Shown here in pieces: positions 1-8,845 of a stretch of DNA of 64,000 nucleotides. How positions within the stretch are numbered: the first letter of the stretch is position 1; each line of letters starts with the position of its first letter. The DNA lies in contig CAYIOP010000002.1 in assembly GCA_964365185.1 (NCBI GenBank), positions 2,684 to 66,683 of the forward strand. The letters run 5' to 3'. The translations under genes and the position numbers were made by a program. Origin of the DNA: an uncultured Candidatus Saccharibacteria bacterium. GTDB lineage: Bacteria > Patescibacteriota > Minisyncoccia > UBA6257 > 2-01-FULL-56-20. The notes under the pieces are model-generated. The model saw only the letters and a program-made list of their open reading frames with translations. It was not told the DNA's origin and ran no database searches.

Positions 1-963
1 ATCGTTGATTTTTTTTGAATCCTCAGTGGTCGGCGTAAAAATGAGTCCTGGAAAATTTAAAATATCATCTCCTCCTCGAATCAAATCCGTTGTTCCTTGA
101 TTAAAATATTTTTTGTATTTCCGATAAACTTCAGTGAGTTTAATCGCAAGCGGACTATCAATATAAACCGGCACCTTGGGTATCCGACCTCGCTCCACTA
201 ATTCATTCAATTCAAAAAGTAGTTGTTGGGTTCTCTCCATCGCAAAAGCCGGAATCACCAAAACGCCTTTTGATTTAATAGTGTCTTCAATCGCGTCTTC
301 CAACATCTCTCTCCGAGCTGAAACATCTTCGTGCACTCTATCTCCATAAGCTGATTCAATCAAGCAATAGTCCGCTGCTGGCAACTCTTCGGTTGGATTG
401 ATAATTGGCGCTGGCGAATTTCCCAAGTCACCGGAAAAAACTATCGACTTACCCTCGGCCTCAATTTTAATAAACGCTGACCCTAAAATATGCCCTGCGT
501 CAAAAAATTCAATTTTAAAAACATCTAAATTAAAAATCTGGTGATACTCCACTCCCTGCCAAATCTTCATCACCTCTCCCACTTCCACTTCAGTATAGAG
601 CGGCGGCTTTTTTTCTCTCTCGGCTTCTTGGCCTAAAATATGCTCAGAATCCAAAAGTAAAAACTCCGCAAAATCCCGCGTGGCTGGAGTCGAAAAAATT
701 TTCCCCCGAAATCCATCTCGATAAAGTTTTGGGATGAGTCCAATGTGATCAATGTGCGAGTGAGTCACAAAAACCGCCTGAATCTCTTTCGGGTTAAAAG
801 GAAAAGGATCAAAATTTTGCCGCTCGGCAAAATTGCTGCCTTGATGTAATCCGCAGTCAATTAAAATCTTGGTCTTACCTTGATTAGCTTCTAATAAATA
901 ACTCGCGCCTGTCACCGTCCCTGCTCCGCCGTAAAAAGTAATCCTCATAAAATAAGTGCTCAT
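1..963 (-). CDS. MBL-fold beta-CASP-type metallo-hydrolase (RNase J-like). Partial: the 3' end runs off the window start.
   Basis: Minus-strand translation from the ATG at 961-963 gives MSTYFMRITFYGGAGTVTGASYLL...VFVTHSHIDHIG (HxHxDH motif)...SGDLG. It is open to position 1. Confidence 0.7.
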   Translation of the reverse strand, partial: MSTYFMRITFYGGAGTVTGASYLLEANQGKTKILIDCGLHQGSNFAERQNFDPFPFNPKEIQAVFVTHSHIDHIGLIPKLYRDGFRGKIFSTPATRDFAEFLLLDSEHILGQEAEREKKPPLYTEVEVGEVMKIWQGVEYHQIFNLDVFKIEFFDAGHILGSAFIKIEAEGKSIVFSGDLGNSPAPIINPTEELPAADYCLIESAYGDRVHEDVSARREMLEDAIEDTIKSKGVLVIPAFAMERTQQLLFELNELVERGRIPKVPVYIDSPLAIKLTEVYRKYKKYFNQGTTDLIRGGDDILNFPGLIFTPTTEDSKKIND

Positions 964-1108
964 ATTCTAGCACTCCGCCCCAAACATTCCAAACGTCCCT
1001 TTAATAACCCCGAGCGAATATTTTTCTTTTAGAGAGACTATCAGAATCCCAGACGGGCTGGGTTATCCCTTTCTTTATAATTTTACTCTGAACGAGTTTT
1101 TGCTTTAA

Positions 1109-1183
1109 GAGAAGCTTTCGGACTGAGCCGTAGCTTGGTCCCGAGGCCTTAGCCGAGGGTACGGCGAAGAAGAAGCAGGGGGA
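1109..1183 (+). ncRNA. candidate structured RNA motif (copy 1): GAAGCTTTCGGA-[hairpin]-GAAGAAGCAGGGGG
   Basis: Shares conserved flanks with 5958-6028. The internal hairpin stem GCCGTA/TACGGC differs from that copy in a compensatory way. Confidence 0.25.
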
Positions 1184-1317
1184 TTTAATTCGCTGGAAAT
1201 TAAATAACCCCGTTTCTCTTAAGGCAAAAGCGAGCGACCCCTTGACAGAACCAAAAAATAAGAATATAATATATTTTCACTTTGAAACTTGAAAACTAAT
1301 TTATAGAAAGGATTGAA

Positions 1318-1515
1318 ATGAAAAATCGGCTTTATTTCTTGATGGCGATTACTGGACTAATTTGGATGGCTATGACTGCCTGGCACTTTGGCCAGCCCGA
1401 AGTGATACGGGTCCACGCCTATCCAGTAGCCGCAATGACTCCCTGGATTCTCCCGGGCGCTATTATCGCAATTATCGGATTAGGGATGTTTCGTAAATCC
1501 CAACCCGAAAAATAA
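1318..1515 (+). CDS. small hydrophobic membrane protein (hypothetical)
   Basis: 65-aa ORF with two hydrophobic segments and no recognisable family. Confidence 0.3.
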   Translation: MKNRLYFLMAITGLIWMAMTAWHFGQPEVIRVHAYPVAAMTPWILPGAIIAIIGLGMFRKSQPEK

Positions 1516-1545
1516 GAAACCTACATCACTAGAAAGAGGTGAGAA

Positions 1546-1926
1546 ATGTCTGATGAGTTATTCAAATTAGTGGATGAAAACTACCCGATCAAACCCAATC
1601 ACATCAACACAAAACAACATCTATACAACGCCTTCGGTAAATCCGAAGTTGAAACTTCCGCAGGTTACATAGTCAGGCTATGTCAACGAAAAGGCAACTG
1701 GATTCCCTTCTCTCAAGAAGAGATCCAAAAATTCTACGAAGAAGCTAGGGGAAAGAAAGAGGATTTTTGGTTTAACGGGCTCGATACCGGAGGTGTTGAA
1801 GGGTACAATCTTCCCTTCGTTCCAAAAGGAGAAGATGGGTTATACCGTATAACCCATGGCTTCGTAGCTAAATGTTTTGTCCATTCCCCTTGTCTTGAAT
1901 TAAAACCTCAAGAGCAAGCTGAATAA
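1546..1926 (+). CDS. hypothetical protein
   Basis: 126-aa ORF in the same orientation as the neighbouring gene. No motif recognised. Confidence 0.45.
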   Translation: MSDELFKLVDENYPIKPNHINTKQHLYNAFGKSEVETSAGYIVRLCQRKGNWIPFSQEEIQKFYEEARGKKEDFWFNGLDTGGVEGYNLPFVPKGEDGLYRITHGFVAKCFVHSPCLELKPQEQAE

Positions 1927-2056
1927 CCGAACAGGGTAGTCCCTAATTCTGGACATCCATTCCATAAGTCGTCTATGCATCACTAGGCGGCTTTTTTATT
2001 TTTGAATTTCCTCCACCTGAACAAGTCCCGCCTAAGCGGGACGATCGAACACTCGA

Positions 2057-3325
2057 TCATTCGATCATTTTCAACACCTCCCCCACCGCCCCTCTCTCAC
2101 TCCACGGCAATTTCTTACCATTTTCAATATGAATAAATTCCTCACTCCCTTTGCCGGTTATAACCACCATGTCTCCTTCTTTCGCCAATCCAATCGCTTT
2201 TCTAATCGCCTCTTTCCTGTCCAAAATTTCTAAAACTTCTCGCGATTTGCTATTTGCTATTTGCAAAACCCCTTCCTTTAATTCATCTAAAATGTTTTGG
2301 GGTTTCTCATTGTACGGATCCTCATTCGTCAAAATTATCTCATCACAAAACTCCGCCGCAATTTTACCCATCACCGGCCGTTTCCACTTGTCTCTCCCGC
2401 CACCCGCCGCGCCCAATACACAAATCAATCTTCCTCTTTGCTCTTTGCCATTTGCGTTTTGCAAATTATCATAGACCCTACGCAAACTCTCCGGCGTATG
2501 CGCATAATCAATCACCACTTTAAACGGCTTCTCCTTTATAATTTCCATTCTTCCCGCCACTCCTTTAAATTCCAAAACCGCCTCCTTAATCACTTCGTCT
2601 TTTACTCCCACTAACTTTGCTAAACTTATGGCTGCGGATAAATTTTCCTGATTAAAATTACTAGAAAATAAATAAAGGTTATTGTCAATAGTAAGAAAAT
2701 ACTTCTTTAAATCCCTTTTAGAATAAAAATTAATTTTTTCTCTATTAAATTGATTTTTAAAAAAATCCGCGCTTTGATCATCCTGATTAAAAAATAATTT
2801 TCCGCCTTGCTTAAAAACTTTTTTAAAAAAATTTAATTTTGCTTGCCGATATTTTTCAAACGAGCCGTGCGCCTCAATATGCTCTGGCGCCAAATTTGTT
2901 AAAAGTCCGGCTTGCCACCGAATAAATCGGTGTCGCGACAAAACCACTCCTTCTGAAGTCACCTCGATTACTGCGTAGCGACATCCGGAGTTAACCGCTC
3001 TATTTAAAAATCGCTGAATAAACATTCTGCCCGGCATAGTGTTCTCGGTTAAATTTTTCTCCTGATCATTCCCGATTTTTACATAAAGCGAAGATAAAAA
3101 AGCTGTTTTTTCTTGCGCCTTATCTAAAATGCTTTTTAAAATTTCCATCACCGTAGTCTTGCCTTTAGTGCCGGTCACCCCAATCACCAAGATTTTCCGG
3201 CTGGGAAAAAAATAAATTAAAGCGCTAAAAAACGCCCATAAAAAATGGTAGGTTCTAACCAAAAATTTCAATTTATAAATTAACCGGAAAAATCCGGTTT
3301 GTTTTAAAAATCCCAAAGTATTCAT
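2057..3325 (-). CDS. Mur ligase family protein, MurE-like (UDP-MurNAc-tripeptide synthetase), with an N-terminal membrane segment
   Basis: Mur ligase P-loop VIGVTGTKGKTTV; DYAHTPESL motif typical of MurE/MurC-type ligases; LTNLAPEHIEAHG central motif. Confidence 0.65.
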   Translation of the reverse strand: MNTLGFLKQTGFFRLIYKLKFLVRTYHFLWAFFSALIYFFPSRKILVIGVTGTKGKTTVMEILKSILDKAQEKTAFLSSLYVKIGNDQEKNLTENTMPGRMFIQRFLNRAVNSGCRYAVIEVTSEGVVLSRHRFIRWQAGLLTNLAPEHIEAHGSFEKYRQAKLNFFKKVFKQGGKLFFNQDDQSADFFKNQFNREKINFYSKRDLKKYFLTIDNNLYLFSSNFNQENLSAAISLAKLVGVKDEVIKEAVLEFKGVAGRMEIIKEKPFKVVIDYAHTPESLRRVYDNLQNANGKEQRGRLICVLGAAGGGRDKWKRPVMGKIAAEFCDEIILTNEDPYNEKPQNILDELKEGVLQIANSKSREVLEILDRKEAIRKAIGLAKEGDMVVITGKGSEEFIHIENGKKLPWSERGAVGEVLKMIE

Positions 3326-3455
3326 ACCCCGTAGGAAATTGCCGGAAAAGCGTTTTTGTAAATATAAGAATATGTTTTCATTAAAAACTAAGTTTTACAA
3401 AGGATTTCTAATTACTGCATCTTTGACGGCAAACGCTTTATTTCCTACGGGGCAT
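3323..3455. repeat. 133-bp element with ~16-bp terminal inverted repeats (CATACCCCGTAGGAAAT ... ATTTCCTACGGGGCAT), copy 1
   Basis: TIRs at 3323-3339 and 3440-3455. A second copy of identical length lies at 16832-16964. The left end overlaps the start codon of the murE-like gene. Confidence 0.55.
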
Positions 3456-3467
3456 AAATAAATTAAG

Positions 3468-4049
3468 CTACTTACCCCGGCCGGATAAATTCTTCAAAGC
3501 CATTTTTAATTTATTCTCCAATGTGTCTTTTGAATCAAGTTTTGAAACTATATTTCTAACCTCATTTCTCTTATACCCCAAATCCACCAATACCTCAATC
3601 AAATCATTATTCGATTCTATTTTTGAAATCATATCTCCAGAACTAATGGTGCCAATTTTATTTCTTAATTCCAAAATAATTCTCTGGGCCAATTTTTCGC
3701 CTATCCCTCCGGCCTTAACCAAAAGGTCTCCTCTACCTTCCTTAATAGCTACTAAAACATCTTCCAAATGAGACGCCTCCATCACTGATCGAGCTGACTT
3801 CGGGCCAACTCCGCTAATAGAAATCAACAATTTAAAAAATTCCAGCTCTTTATCGCTGGAAAAACCATATAGTTCAATCCCACCTTCTTTGATATAAAGA
3901 TAGCAAAATATCGTAATTAAATCGCCTATCTTTACAGAGACCAGGAAATTTTTAAGGCAAAAGACCTGGAAACCGATTCCACCTACATCAACCACCAAAG
4001 AATTATCTCTGACTAAAACCGCTTTTCCGAATAAACTATAAATCACCAT
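3468..4049 (-). CDS. ruvA: Holliday junction DNA helicase RuvA
   Basis: N-terminal OB fold (VVDVGGIGFQV...LYGF) and HhH region LISISGVGPKSARSVM; ~190 aa, typical RuvA. Confidence 0.85.
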   Translation of the reverse strand: MVIYSLFGKAVLVRDNSLVVDVGGIGFQVFCLKNFLVSVKIGDLITIFCYLYIKEGGIELYGFSSDKELEFFKLLISISGVGPKSARSVMEASHLEDVLVAIKEGRGDLLVKAGGIGEKLAQRIILELRNKIGTISSGDMISKIESNNDLIEVLVDLGYKRNEVRNIVSKLDSKDTLENKLKMALKNLSGRGK

Positions 4050-4084
4050 CTTATTATAGCTAAATCAACAAATTAACCAAATTT

Positions 4085-4354
4085 AATGTTTAGCGCTAAA
4101 CATTCACTTTTCTTTTATCAGCCGATAAGTCGATAAAACCTACGTTTTTTGAAAAAACACTCAAAACAATGTTTAGCGCTAAACATCGATAATTAATCCA
4201 TAAACCGATAAGCCCGTAGAATCTAGATTTTTGCGAATTTTACTGAAAACAATGTTTAGCGCTAAACAATTTCTATCGTAGTAATCCGGCAAAATATACT
4301 ACTATATATAGTATTGCCGCATTTCCGTATATTAAGATGTTTAGCGCTAAACAT
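4085..4354. promoter_or_regulatory. array of four near-identical 18-20-bp perfect palindromes (A)ATGTTTAGCGCTAAACAT(T) with ~84-bp period, in the ruvA/yraN divergent intergenic region
   Basis: Copies at 4085-4104, 4169-4186, 4252-4268 (one mismatch) and 4337-4354. The sequence between copies is also partly repeated (ccgataag..aaaacaatg). Candidate operator array. Confidence 0.45.
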
Positions 4355-4387
4355 TAAACATTTCAAAAAATCTGCTAAAATTTAAAG

Positions 4388-4822
4388 GTGAATACAAAAA
4401 CAAGAGCTGAACATTTAACCATTGGAAAAATCGGCGAAAGCATTGCTCAAGAATACTTGCGTCACAAAGGGTATAGAATTATCGCCAAAAATTACCGTAA
4501 GCCCTGGGGAGAAATTGACTTAATCGCGAAATCCAAAGACCAAACTCTTGTTTTCTTCGAAATCAAAACCCTTAGGGATCGCGAATTAAGCCATCCATCA
4601 ATCATCCCAGAAGATAATCTCACTAATTCTAAACTTAAAAAACTCAAAAAAATTTGCGAAAGTTTTGCCAATTCAAATCCCCAGATCATAAACGAGAAAA
4701 GGGGATGGCAAATTGATCTTCTAACTCTGCTTTTAAAAAATCCTGAAAATCTAAATCAACCTAAGCTTTCGTTGACAGAAATAGAGAAATATTGTGAAAT
4801 AAAACATTATGAAAATATTTAG
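4388..4822 (+). CDS. yraN: YraN/UPF0102 family endonuclease-like protein
   Basis: GESIAQEYLRHKGYRIIAKNYRKPWGEIDLIA...LVFFEIKT matches the UPF0102 (PD-(D/E)xK) core. Confidence 0.7.
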   Translation: MNTKTRAEHLTIGKIGESIAQEYLRHKGYRIIAKNYRKPWGEIDLIAKSKDQTLVFFEIKTLRDRELSHPSIIPEDNLTNSKLKKLKKICESFANSNPQIINEKRGWQIDLLTLLLKNPENLNQPKLSLTEIEKYCEIKHYENI

Positions 4823-4869
4823 TTTTCTTTCCTCTTTATTCTTAATTCTCTATTCTATATTCTGTTAAC

Positions 4870-5412
4870 ATGTCTGGCCACAGTAAATGGTCCCAAATTA
4901 AACATCAAAAAGAAATTACCGACAAAAAGCGCGGCGCAACTTTTTCCAAACTTCTTAAAGCCATCTCCATCGCCGCCAAAGAAGACCCCAATCTCCAGTT
5001 TAATTTTCGCCTAAGAGCCGCTGTCCAAAAAGCCAAAGATTTAAATGTCCCGAACGACAATATTGAACGAGCTATAAAACGTGCCGCTGACCAAAGCGCC
5101 ACTCTTGAAGAATTAATTTTAGAGGCCTATGGCGAAGGTGGAGTAGCAATCTTAATCGAAGTCATCACCGACAATCGCAACCGAACCATTGCTGAAATCA
5201 AAAATATTTTAAAAAAAACCGACGGCAAGTGGGCTGAAACCGGCAGTGTGCGTTGGGCTTTCGAAGAAAATAAAAGCAGCGATAATGTATGGCCGACCAA
5301 ATTTAAAAAAAATCTTGACACTGAAAATATTACCAAACTTAAAAATCTTGTCTCCGCCCTCGAGGATCACGACGACGTCCAAAATGTTTTTACCAACACA
5401 GAATCAAATTAA
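4870..5412 (+). CDS. yebC: YebC/PmpR family probable transcriptional regulator (reduced length)
   Basis: N-terminus MSGHSKWSQIKHQKEITDKKRG and C-terminus LEDHDDVQNVF are canonical YebC. At 180 aa it is shorter than usual. Confidence 0.8.
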   Translation: MSGHSKWSQIKHQKEITDKKRGATFSKLLKAISIAAKEDPNLQFNFRLRAAVQKAKDLNVPNDNIERAIKRAADQSATLEELILEAYGEGGVAILIEVITDNRNRTIAEIKNILKKTDGKWAETGSVRWAFEENKSSDNVWPTKFKKNLDTENITKLKNLVSALEDHDDVQNVFTNTESN

Positions 5413-5418
5413 TTATCC

Positions 5419-5889
5419 ATGATAATTTTAGGCATTGATCCAGGCTATCGCCGCATCGGCTATGGTCTTATAAAAAAACATTCCGACTCACTGGAACTTA
5501 TAGCCGCTGATTTAGTTAAAATCAGCCAAACCGAAAACACCCGAGCTATTATTGAAACGCGTGATCAAATTCGCTTCTTAATTAAGCGCTACAATCCAAA
5601 AATTTTAGCGATTGAAAAACTTTTTTTCTCAAAAAACCAAAAAACCGCGCTTCTGGTCGCCGAAACTAAAGGCGTCATTCTATCTTGCGCCACAGAAAAG
5701 GGGATTACCATTCAAGAATATTCACCTAATGAAGTAAAGCTCGCTATCACCGGCTATGGCTTTGCCGATAAACAGTCCGTAGCTAAAATGATTCGCTTAA
5801 TTTTAAAAAGACCCGACCTAAAAGTGATTGATGACGTGAGCGACGCCATTGCTCTGGCTATTACCGCCATCAATCGCAAACTTAGCTAA
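5419..5889 (+). CDS. ruvC: crossover junction endodeoxyribonuclease RuvC
   Basis: MIILGIDPGYRRIGYGLI catalytic Asp region; 156 aa; sits next to yebC as in many bacteria. Confidence 0.85.
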   Translation: MIILGIDPGYRRIGYGLIKKHSDSLELIAADLVKISQTENTRAIIETRDQIRFLIKRYNPKILAIEKLFFSKNQKTALLVAETKGVILSCATEKGITIQEYSPNEVKLAITGYGFADKQSVAKMIRLILKRPDLKVIDDVSDAIALAITAINRKLS

Positions 5890-5957
5890 TCAAAAATAAA
5901 ACAACCGCTGGTCCTCAAAAGAAAAACATCCCCTATGAGTGAATATTTTCTTTTTCA

Positions 5958-6028
5958 GGAAGCTTTCGGAATCCCGCCGATACTTTGGTATAAAAACTTA
6001 TCAATCCGGCGGGATGAGAAGCAGCGGG
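5958..6028 (+). ncRNA. candidate structured RNA motif (copy 2): GAAGCTTTCGGA-[hairpin CCCGCCG/CGGCGGG]-GAGAAGCAGCGGG
   Basis: Same flank architecture and length (~70 nt) as 1109-1183. Intergenic, upstream of the PBP gene. Confidence 0.25.
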
Positions 6029-6322
6029 CGTTCACAGCTCTAGGTGAACGAACCGCGATTCCTTAAAAGAAAAATAGGAGTGAAAAGTTATGCACAAATC
6101 TCATATTTGACAATCAAAGAAATCAAAATATACTAAAGCCAAAATTATTTAAAAAGGTCGGGAAAACTAGCGGCTTATGGAAAAAAGTTTAAATAATAAC
6201 GCCGACGAAGAAAACGAATTTCTCGAAGGGGGTCTAGATGAAAGCGAACTGGAAAATGATTTCGCCAAACTCGACGAGGAGGAAGAATTTTAACGTTCGT
6301 AGGTTTTAATAGAACCTCTTTT

Positions 6323-8740
6323 TTGTTTTATAAATCCCAAGTGGGCATAATCAAGATTATGCAATTAGTTAAAAAAATTCTTTTTTATCTAGCTGTCGCC
6401 TTTATTATCCTCGGCCTTATTGGAGTTTTTTTATTTTTCTATTTTTCAAAAGATCTACCATCTTTAAACGAAATCACTAACCGTCAAATTCCAGAATCAA
6501 CTAAAATTTACGATCGCACCGGCAAAATTCTTCTTTATGAAATCTCCAATGGCCAGAAAAGAACCGCCGTTCCCATTGACCAAATCCCGCAATCACTAAA
6601 AGACGCAACCGTCGCTATTGAAGATGCCAACTTCTACACTCAACCCGGATTTAGTATTAAAGGCACAATCCGCGCTTTTCTAGTTAATTTAACGAGAGGG
6701 AAAATCGTCCAAGGCGGCTCCACTATCACTCAACAACTCGCCCGCAACGCTTTTCTCTCCGCCGACAAAACCATTGCCCGGAAAATTAAAGAATTTATTT
6801 TAGCCGTGGAACTTAACCGCCACTACTCCAAAGACCAGATTTTAGAATTATATCTAAACGAAATTCCGTACGGACCAACTTTCTATGGCGTCGAATCCGC
6901 CAGCTTGGCCTATTTTAGCAAATCCACGAAAGATCTCACCCTATCTGAAAGCGCTATCTTAACCGCTATTCCTAAAGCCCCCAGCTATTATCAACCGTGG
7001 GGCAATCACCAAAAAGAATTATTGGAAAGGAAAAATTTGGTTTTAAAAAGGATGTTTGAATTAAAAAAAATCACTTCCCAAGAATATGAAAAGGCGCTTA
7101 AAGAAAAAATTGTCTTCTCTCCGCAGGATACTCTGGGTATTAAAGCCCCTCACTTTATTATGTTTATTCAAGATTACCTGGTTCAAAAATACGGCGAAGA
7201 TATGGTTCGAGCTGGCGGCCTTAAGGTCATCACCACTCTCGATTGGACACTTCAAGAATTAGCCGAAAAAGTAATTACCGAAGGCGCCAAGAAAAATGAA
7301 GAGCTTTATCAAGGTAAAAATGCGGCCCTAGTGACCGAAGACCCTAAAACAGGCCAAATTTTAGCTATGGTTGGCTCTAGGGATTATTTTGATGCCGAAA
7401 ATGATGGAAGCTTCAACGTTGCCACTCAAGGCCTGCGTCAACCCGGTAGCGCACTAAAACCCTTTGTCTATCTCGCAGCTTTCAAAAAGGGCTACACTCC
7501 CGATACAGTTCTTTTTGATGTTCCCACTGAATTTGACACCACGAGTCGGCCGGATAAAAGTTATCGGCCTGAAAATTTCGACGGCGTTTTCCGCGGACCG
7601 GTCAATCTCCGTCGAGCCTTATCTCAATCCATCAACATCCCGGCGGTTAAAACTCTTTATCTAGTTGGCCTTTCAAGCGCGCTTGAAACTCTTAAAAATT
7701 TTGGCATCACCACTCTTTCTGATCCTCGACGCTACGGCCTCTCTTTGGTTTTGGGCGGCGGCGAAGTGAAATTAATCGAAATGGTCCAGGCCTACTCCGC
7801 CCTAGCGGCTGACGGAAATCTTCATCCCACTACCGCCATTTTAGAAATTAAAAACAAACAAAACTCGATCTTAGAATCTTACAAAGAAACCGGCAGAGAA
7901 ATATTTGACGCTCAATCGGTTCGAGTTATAAATGACGTCCTCTCTGATGTTGACGCACGATCAGGACTATATAGCGGCAGTTTAAATCTCACGCTTGTTC
8001 CCGGTCACGACATTGCTCTTAAAACCGGTACCTCAAACGACTACCGCGATGCTTGGGTTTTCGGCTACACGCCAACCTTAATTACTGGCATTTGGGCAGG
8101 CAACAACAACAACACTCCCATGCAACGCCACGGTTCAAGTATTTTAGCCGCTCTCCCTATCTGGCACGCCTTTATGAGTGAAGCTCTAAAAGACAAAGAG
8201 GTTGAAGCTTTCTCTCGACCAGAACAAAGCACGCCGACCAAACCTATTCTCGCCGGAGATTATTTAGCCAGCAACCAAATCCACACCATCCTTTATTATG
8301 TCGATCGCAATGATCCCGCTGGTCCTTACCCTCTAAATCCCGAAGCTGATTCTCAATTTAGCAACTGGGAATCTCCAGTTCTTGATTGGGCTAAAAAAAA
8401 TCTGCCTAATTTCAATGCTTTAAATCAGCCCGATGGTCTACCAACTCAAAATTTAACTCCGACCGGCAACATCAAAATCAATATCGAAAAACCCAAACCA
8501 GGGGAGTTTGTAGATAACTTTATTGAAATCAAGGCCTCGCTCAAAAGCTCTTCCGACATCACCGAAATTAATCTTTATTTAAATCATCTTTTGGTTCAAA
8601 AATTCACCCAAAATTTCGGCACCAACTATGGATTCAGTTGGCAATTTTCTCCATCCAATCTCGAACCTCAAAGTATTTTAGAGATCGAAGCTAAAACCCA
8701 AAATCAACAAAATAAAACCAGCGTAATTATCTATCACTAA
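6323..8740 (+). CDS. class A penicillin-binding protein (bifunctional transglycosylase/transpeptidase, PBP1A family)
   Basis: GT51 motif QGGSTITQQLARN; transpeptidase SALKPF (SxxK) and KTGTSND (KTG). N-terminal TM anchor. TTG start at 6323; an alternative ATG lies at 6359. Confidence 0.85.
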   Translation: MFYKSQVGIIKIMQLVKKILFYLAVAFIILGLIGVFLFFYFSKDLPSLNEITNRQIPESTKIYDRTGKILLYEISNGQKRTAVPIDQIPQSLKDATVAIEDANFYTQPGFSIKGTIRAFLVNLTRGKIVQGGSTITQQLARNAFLSADKTIARKIKEFILAVELNRHYSKDQILELYLNEIPYGPTFYGVESASLAYFSKSTKDLTLSESAILTAIPKAPSYYQPWGNHQKELLERKNLVLKRMFELKKITSQEYEKALKEKIVFSPQDTLGIKAPHFIMFIQDYLVQKYGEDMVRAGGLKVITTLDWTLQELAEKVITEGAKKNEELYQGKNAALVTEDPKTGQILAMVGSRDYFDAENDGSFNVATQGLRQPGSALKPFVYLAAFKKGYTPDTVLFDVPTEFDTTSRPDKSYRPENFDGVFRGPVNLRRALSQSINIPAVKTLYLVGLSSALETLKNFGITTLSDPRRYGLSLVLGGGEVKLIEMVQAYSALAADGNLHPTTAILEIKNKQNSILESYKETGREIFDAQSVRVINDVLSDVDARSGLYSGSLNLTLVPGHDIALKTGTSNDYRDAWVFGYTPTLITGIWAGNNNNTPMQRHGSSILAALPIWHAFMSEALKDKEVEAFSRPEQSTPTKPILAGDYLASNQIHTILYYVDRNDPAGPYPLNPEADSQFSNWESPVLDWAKKNLPNFNALNQPDGLPTQNLTPTGNIKINIEKPKPGEFVDNFIEIKASLKSSSDITEINLYLNHLLVQKFTQNFGTNYGFSWQFSPSNLEPQSILEIEAKTQNQQNKTSVIIYH

Positions 8741-8816
8741 ACCATCCTACTTGGGACTTATTGATAATTGCGAATTGATAATTGGTAATTGGAATTTTAT
8801 TACCCTCATTCCTATT

Positions 8817-8845
8817 CACCTGCAACCTAACACCCATCACCTCAC
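8817..8845. repeat. CACCTAA/CACCTNA heptamer-tract repeat (family also at 20485, 26775, 27040, 27491, 27752, 28576, 34755, 40443)
   Basis: cacctgcaacctaacacccatcacctcac lies between the convergent PBP and dnaN genes. Preceded by the ttgataattg tandem at 8761-8792. Confidence 0.45.

Noticed and set aside
2151-2614. Three plus-strand ORFs (2151-2474, 2254-2523, 2297-2614)
   Set aside because: They lie entirely antisense within the well-supported MurE-like ligase gene and have low-complexity translations, so they are spurious.
4085-4354. Possible CRISPR array (regular ~84-bp period of a repeated 20-bp sequence)
   Set aside because: Only four units. The 'spacers' are ~64 bp and similar to each other, and the repeat is a perfect palindrome. 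No cas genes are nearby. A tandem operator array or degenerate tandem repeat fits better.
4870-5412. YebC gene as a pseudogene (only 180 aa versus ~240)
   Set aside because: Both canonical termini are intact and the frame is uninterrupted. A lineage-specific internal reduction is more likely than decay.
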